Shown in pieces: positions 61,240-64,000 of a stretch of 64,000 bases of DNA (within the stretch, counting starts at the first letter, position 1; every line of letters begins with the position of its first letter). The stretch spans positions 22,021,296 through 22,085,295 of the forward strand of contig NC_057725.1 of assembly GCF_004010195.1 (NCBI RefSeq), in the 5' to 3' direction. The notes beneath the pieces are model-generated. The model searched no databases and was not told the DNA's origin. It worked only from the letters and a program-made list of their open reading frames with translations. The DNA comes from Chiloscyllium plagiosum (lineage: Eukaryota). The translations under genes and the position numbers were made by a program.

Positions 61240-63135
61240 CTGCACTAGAGAACGTGCAAAACTTGACCTATTCTTGGGAAATAAGGCAGGACAAGTGACT
61301 GAGGTGTCAGTGGGGGAGCACTTCGGAGCCGGCGACCATAATTCTATTAGTTTTAAAATAGTGATGCAAAAGGATAGACCAGATCTAAAAGTTGAAGTTC
61401 TACTTTTAGGGCGGCACCGTGGGCGGCACGGTGGCACAGTGGTTAGCACTGCTGCCTCACAGCGCCCGAGACCCGGGTTCAATTCCCGCCTCAGGCGACT
61501 GACTGTGTGGAGTTTGCACATTCTCCCCGTGTCTGCGTGGGATTCCTCCGGGTGCTCCGGTTTCCTCCCACAGTCCAAAGATGTGCAGGGTCAGGTGAAT
61601 TGGCCATGCTAAATTGCCCGTAGTGTTAGGTAAGGGGTAAATGTAGGAGTATGGGTGGGTTTCGCTTCGGCGGGTTGGTGTGGACTTGTTGGGCCGAAGG
61701 GCCTGTTTCCACACTGTAATGTAATCTAATCTAATCTAAACTGGAAGAAGGTCAAGTTTGATGGTATTAGGCAAGAACTTTCAAAAGCTGATTGGGGCAG
61801 ATGCTTGCAGGTAAAGGGACAGCTGGAAAATAGGAATCCTTCAGAAATGAGATAACAAGAGTCCAGAGAAAGTATATTCTTGTCAGGGTGAAAGGGAAGG
61901 CTGGTAGGTATAGGGAATGCTTGATGACTAAAGAAATTGAGGGTTTGGTTAAGAAAAAGAAGGAAGCATATGTCAGGTATAGACAGCATAGATCGAGTGA
62001 ATCCTTAGAGGAATATAAAGGCAGTAGGAGTATACTTAAGAGGGAAATCAGGAGGGCAAAAAGGGGACATGAAATAGCTTTGGCAAATAGAATTAAGGAG
62101 AATTCAAAGGGTTTTTACTAATACATTAAGGACAAAAGGGTAACTAGGGAGAGAATAGGGCCCCTGAAAGATCAGCAAGGCGGCCTTTGTGTGGAGTTTC
62201 AGGAGAGGGGGCAGATACTAAATGAGTATTTTGCATTAGTATTTACTGTGGTAAAGGACATGAAAGATATAGAATGTGGGGAAATATATAATGACATCTT
62301 GAAAAATGTCCATGTTACACAGGAGGAATTGCTGGATGTCTTGAAATGCATAAAGTGGATAAAACCCCAGGACCTGATCAAGTGTACCCTAGAACTCTGT
62401 GGGAAGATAGAGAAGTGATTGCTGGGCCTCTTACTGAGATATTTGTATCATAAATAGTCACAGGCGAGGTGCCGGAAGACTGGAGGGTTGGCAAACGTGG
62501 TGCCACTGTTTAAGAAGGGTGGTAAGGACAACCCAGGGAACTATAGCCCAGTGAACCTGATATTGGTGATGGGCAAGTTGTTGGAGGGAATCCTGAGGAA
62601 CAGGATGTACATGTATTTGGAAAGGCAAGAACTGATTAGGGACAGTCAGCATGGCTTTGTGCTTGGGACTCATGTCTCACAAACTTGATTGAGTTTTTTG
62701 AAGAAGTAATAAAGAGGATTGATGAGGTTGGAGCGGTAGATGTGACCTATACGGACTTCAGTAAGGTGTTCGACAAGGTGCCCCATGGGAGACTGATGAG
62801 CAACGTTATATCTCAAGGAATACAGGGAGAACTAGGCATTTAGGTACAGAACTGGCTCAAAGGTAGAAGACAGAGGGTTGTGGTGGAGGGTTGTTTTTCA
62901 GATTGGAGGCCTGTGACCAGTGGAGTGCCACAAGAATTGGTGCTAGATCCACTACTTTTCATCATTTATATAAATGATTTGGATGTGAGCATATGAGGTA
63001 TAGTTGGTAAGTTTGATGACGACACCAAAATTAGAGGTGTAATGGACAACGAAGAAGGTGACTTCAGATTACAACGGGATCTTGATTAGATGGACCAATG
63101 GGCTGAGAAGTGGCAGATGGAGTTTAATTTAGATG
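61240..63135 (+). mobile_element. CR1 LINE (APE end plus RT) in the SLC35C1 intron, interrupted by an HE1 SINE
   Basis: LDLFLGNKAGQVTEVSVGEHFGAGDHNSI, KENSKGFY, NPGNYSPVNL, SQHGFV, FDKVPH and GVPQ motifs. Confidence 0.93.
61409..61738 (+). mobile_element. HE1-type V-SINE, full length, nested in CR1
   Basis: Nearly identical to the reverse complement of 3421-3742; short duplicated head gggcggcaccgt-gggcggcacggt; (taatc)n tail. Confidence 0.92.
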
Positions 63136-64000
63136 ATGCCAAAACAAATGTATTCAAGGGGTGGCTGGACGTAGCACTTCGGGTGGATGGGACCAGAGGT
63201 TTTAGGGAATAAGCAGGAATTAGGCTTTGGAGTTGGATGAACAGCCATGATCGTGATGAATGGTGAAGTGAGCTCGGAGTCAAATGGCCTCCTCCTGTGT
63301 TTCTATGAAGTCTCCTATTAATTGCTCAGTTGTGGGACGGCAATAACTGGCATATTAAATACGAGTTGGAAGAAGCATTGAGGATACAGAATCTATTCTC
63401 AATTGAGCACTTAAATAACCAGCAACTCGAAAGACTTGGCAGCTTCAATGCTGGCCAAGCAGGTTGTGTCCTGAAGGATAGATCTTCCAGACTGGTTTAC
63501 TTAACACCTGGCACAAGCCCAATGCAAAGGAAATGCCTACATCATCTTACCCTCACCAGTTTGTCACAGATTTACCCATTACAGCCTTACTAGGAATGTC
63601 ACCATACAAAATCTCTGTGGAGATGAAGTGCTATCTGCAGAGAGGATACATTTATCCCGCTGTGAGGTGTTATTGTTGAACTGAATGGGATAGATTCAGA
63701 AAATATCTGGCAACATTCGAATTGTATTAAACCACAATCTATGACCTTATGGCACTGTACACCCCTCACTGTATCATTACCATCAAGCCAGGAAACCAAC
63801 CCTGGTTTAACAAGCAGCAGCAACCATACCTAAAAATGAGTTGCCAACCTGGTAAAGGTACAACATGGAACATCCATGCTAAACAGCAGAAGCAGTAGGC
63901 TACAGACACAACTATGTGATCCCACAATAAATGGATCTGATTCTACAGTTCCGCCAGTACAGGACAATTAAATAACTAACTGGAACAGTGAACTCCAAAA

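Noticed and set aside
61419-61490. tRNA gene
   Set aside because: It is the tRNA-derived head of the HE1 SINE, continuous with the V-domain and tail; the same applies to 3670-3742.
61142-61714. Overlapping 85-156 aa ORFs
   Set aside because: They are chimeras of CR1 endonuclease sequence and the GC-rich HE1 SINE.
1-64000. CRISPR array or other prokaryotic system
   Set aside because: The sequence is vertebrate, with spliceosomal introns and LINE/SINE repeats; there is no regularly spaced repeat-spacer array or operon-like ORF cluster.

Overview
AT-rich, repeat-dense vertebrate genomic DNA, almost certainly from a cartilaginous fish (shark-type HE1 V-SINEs, DeuSINE-like and MetaSINE-like elements, many degenerate CR1 LINEs). 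The only intact coding sequence I can support is the last coding exon of SLC35C1 (GDP-fucose transporter, minus strand, 54460-55019). About 10 kb downstream on the same strand, where CRY2 lies in the SLC35C1-CRY2-MAPK8IP1 block of other vertebrates, are four decayed exons of a cryptochrome gene (44371-40294). They keep the canonical exon boundaries and phases but carry frameshifts, premature stops and broken splice donors, and I could not find exons 5-9. This looks like a unitary CRY2 pseudogene. The window also holds many short Penelope-like (PLE) termini from three sequence families. Each family carries a minimal hammerhead-ribozyme-like core with covarying stems, and one family occurs as short insertions with 10-16 bp target-site duplications and fold-back arms. 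Almost all other ORFs in the track are LINE fragments or chance ORFs. Protein and repeat comparisons are from memory, not from database searches. Repeat boundaries are approximate.
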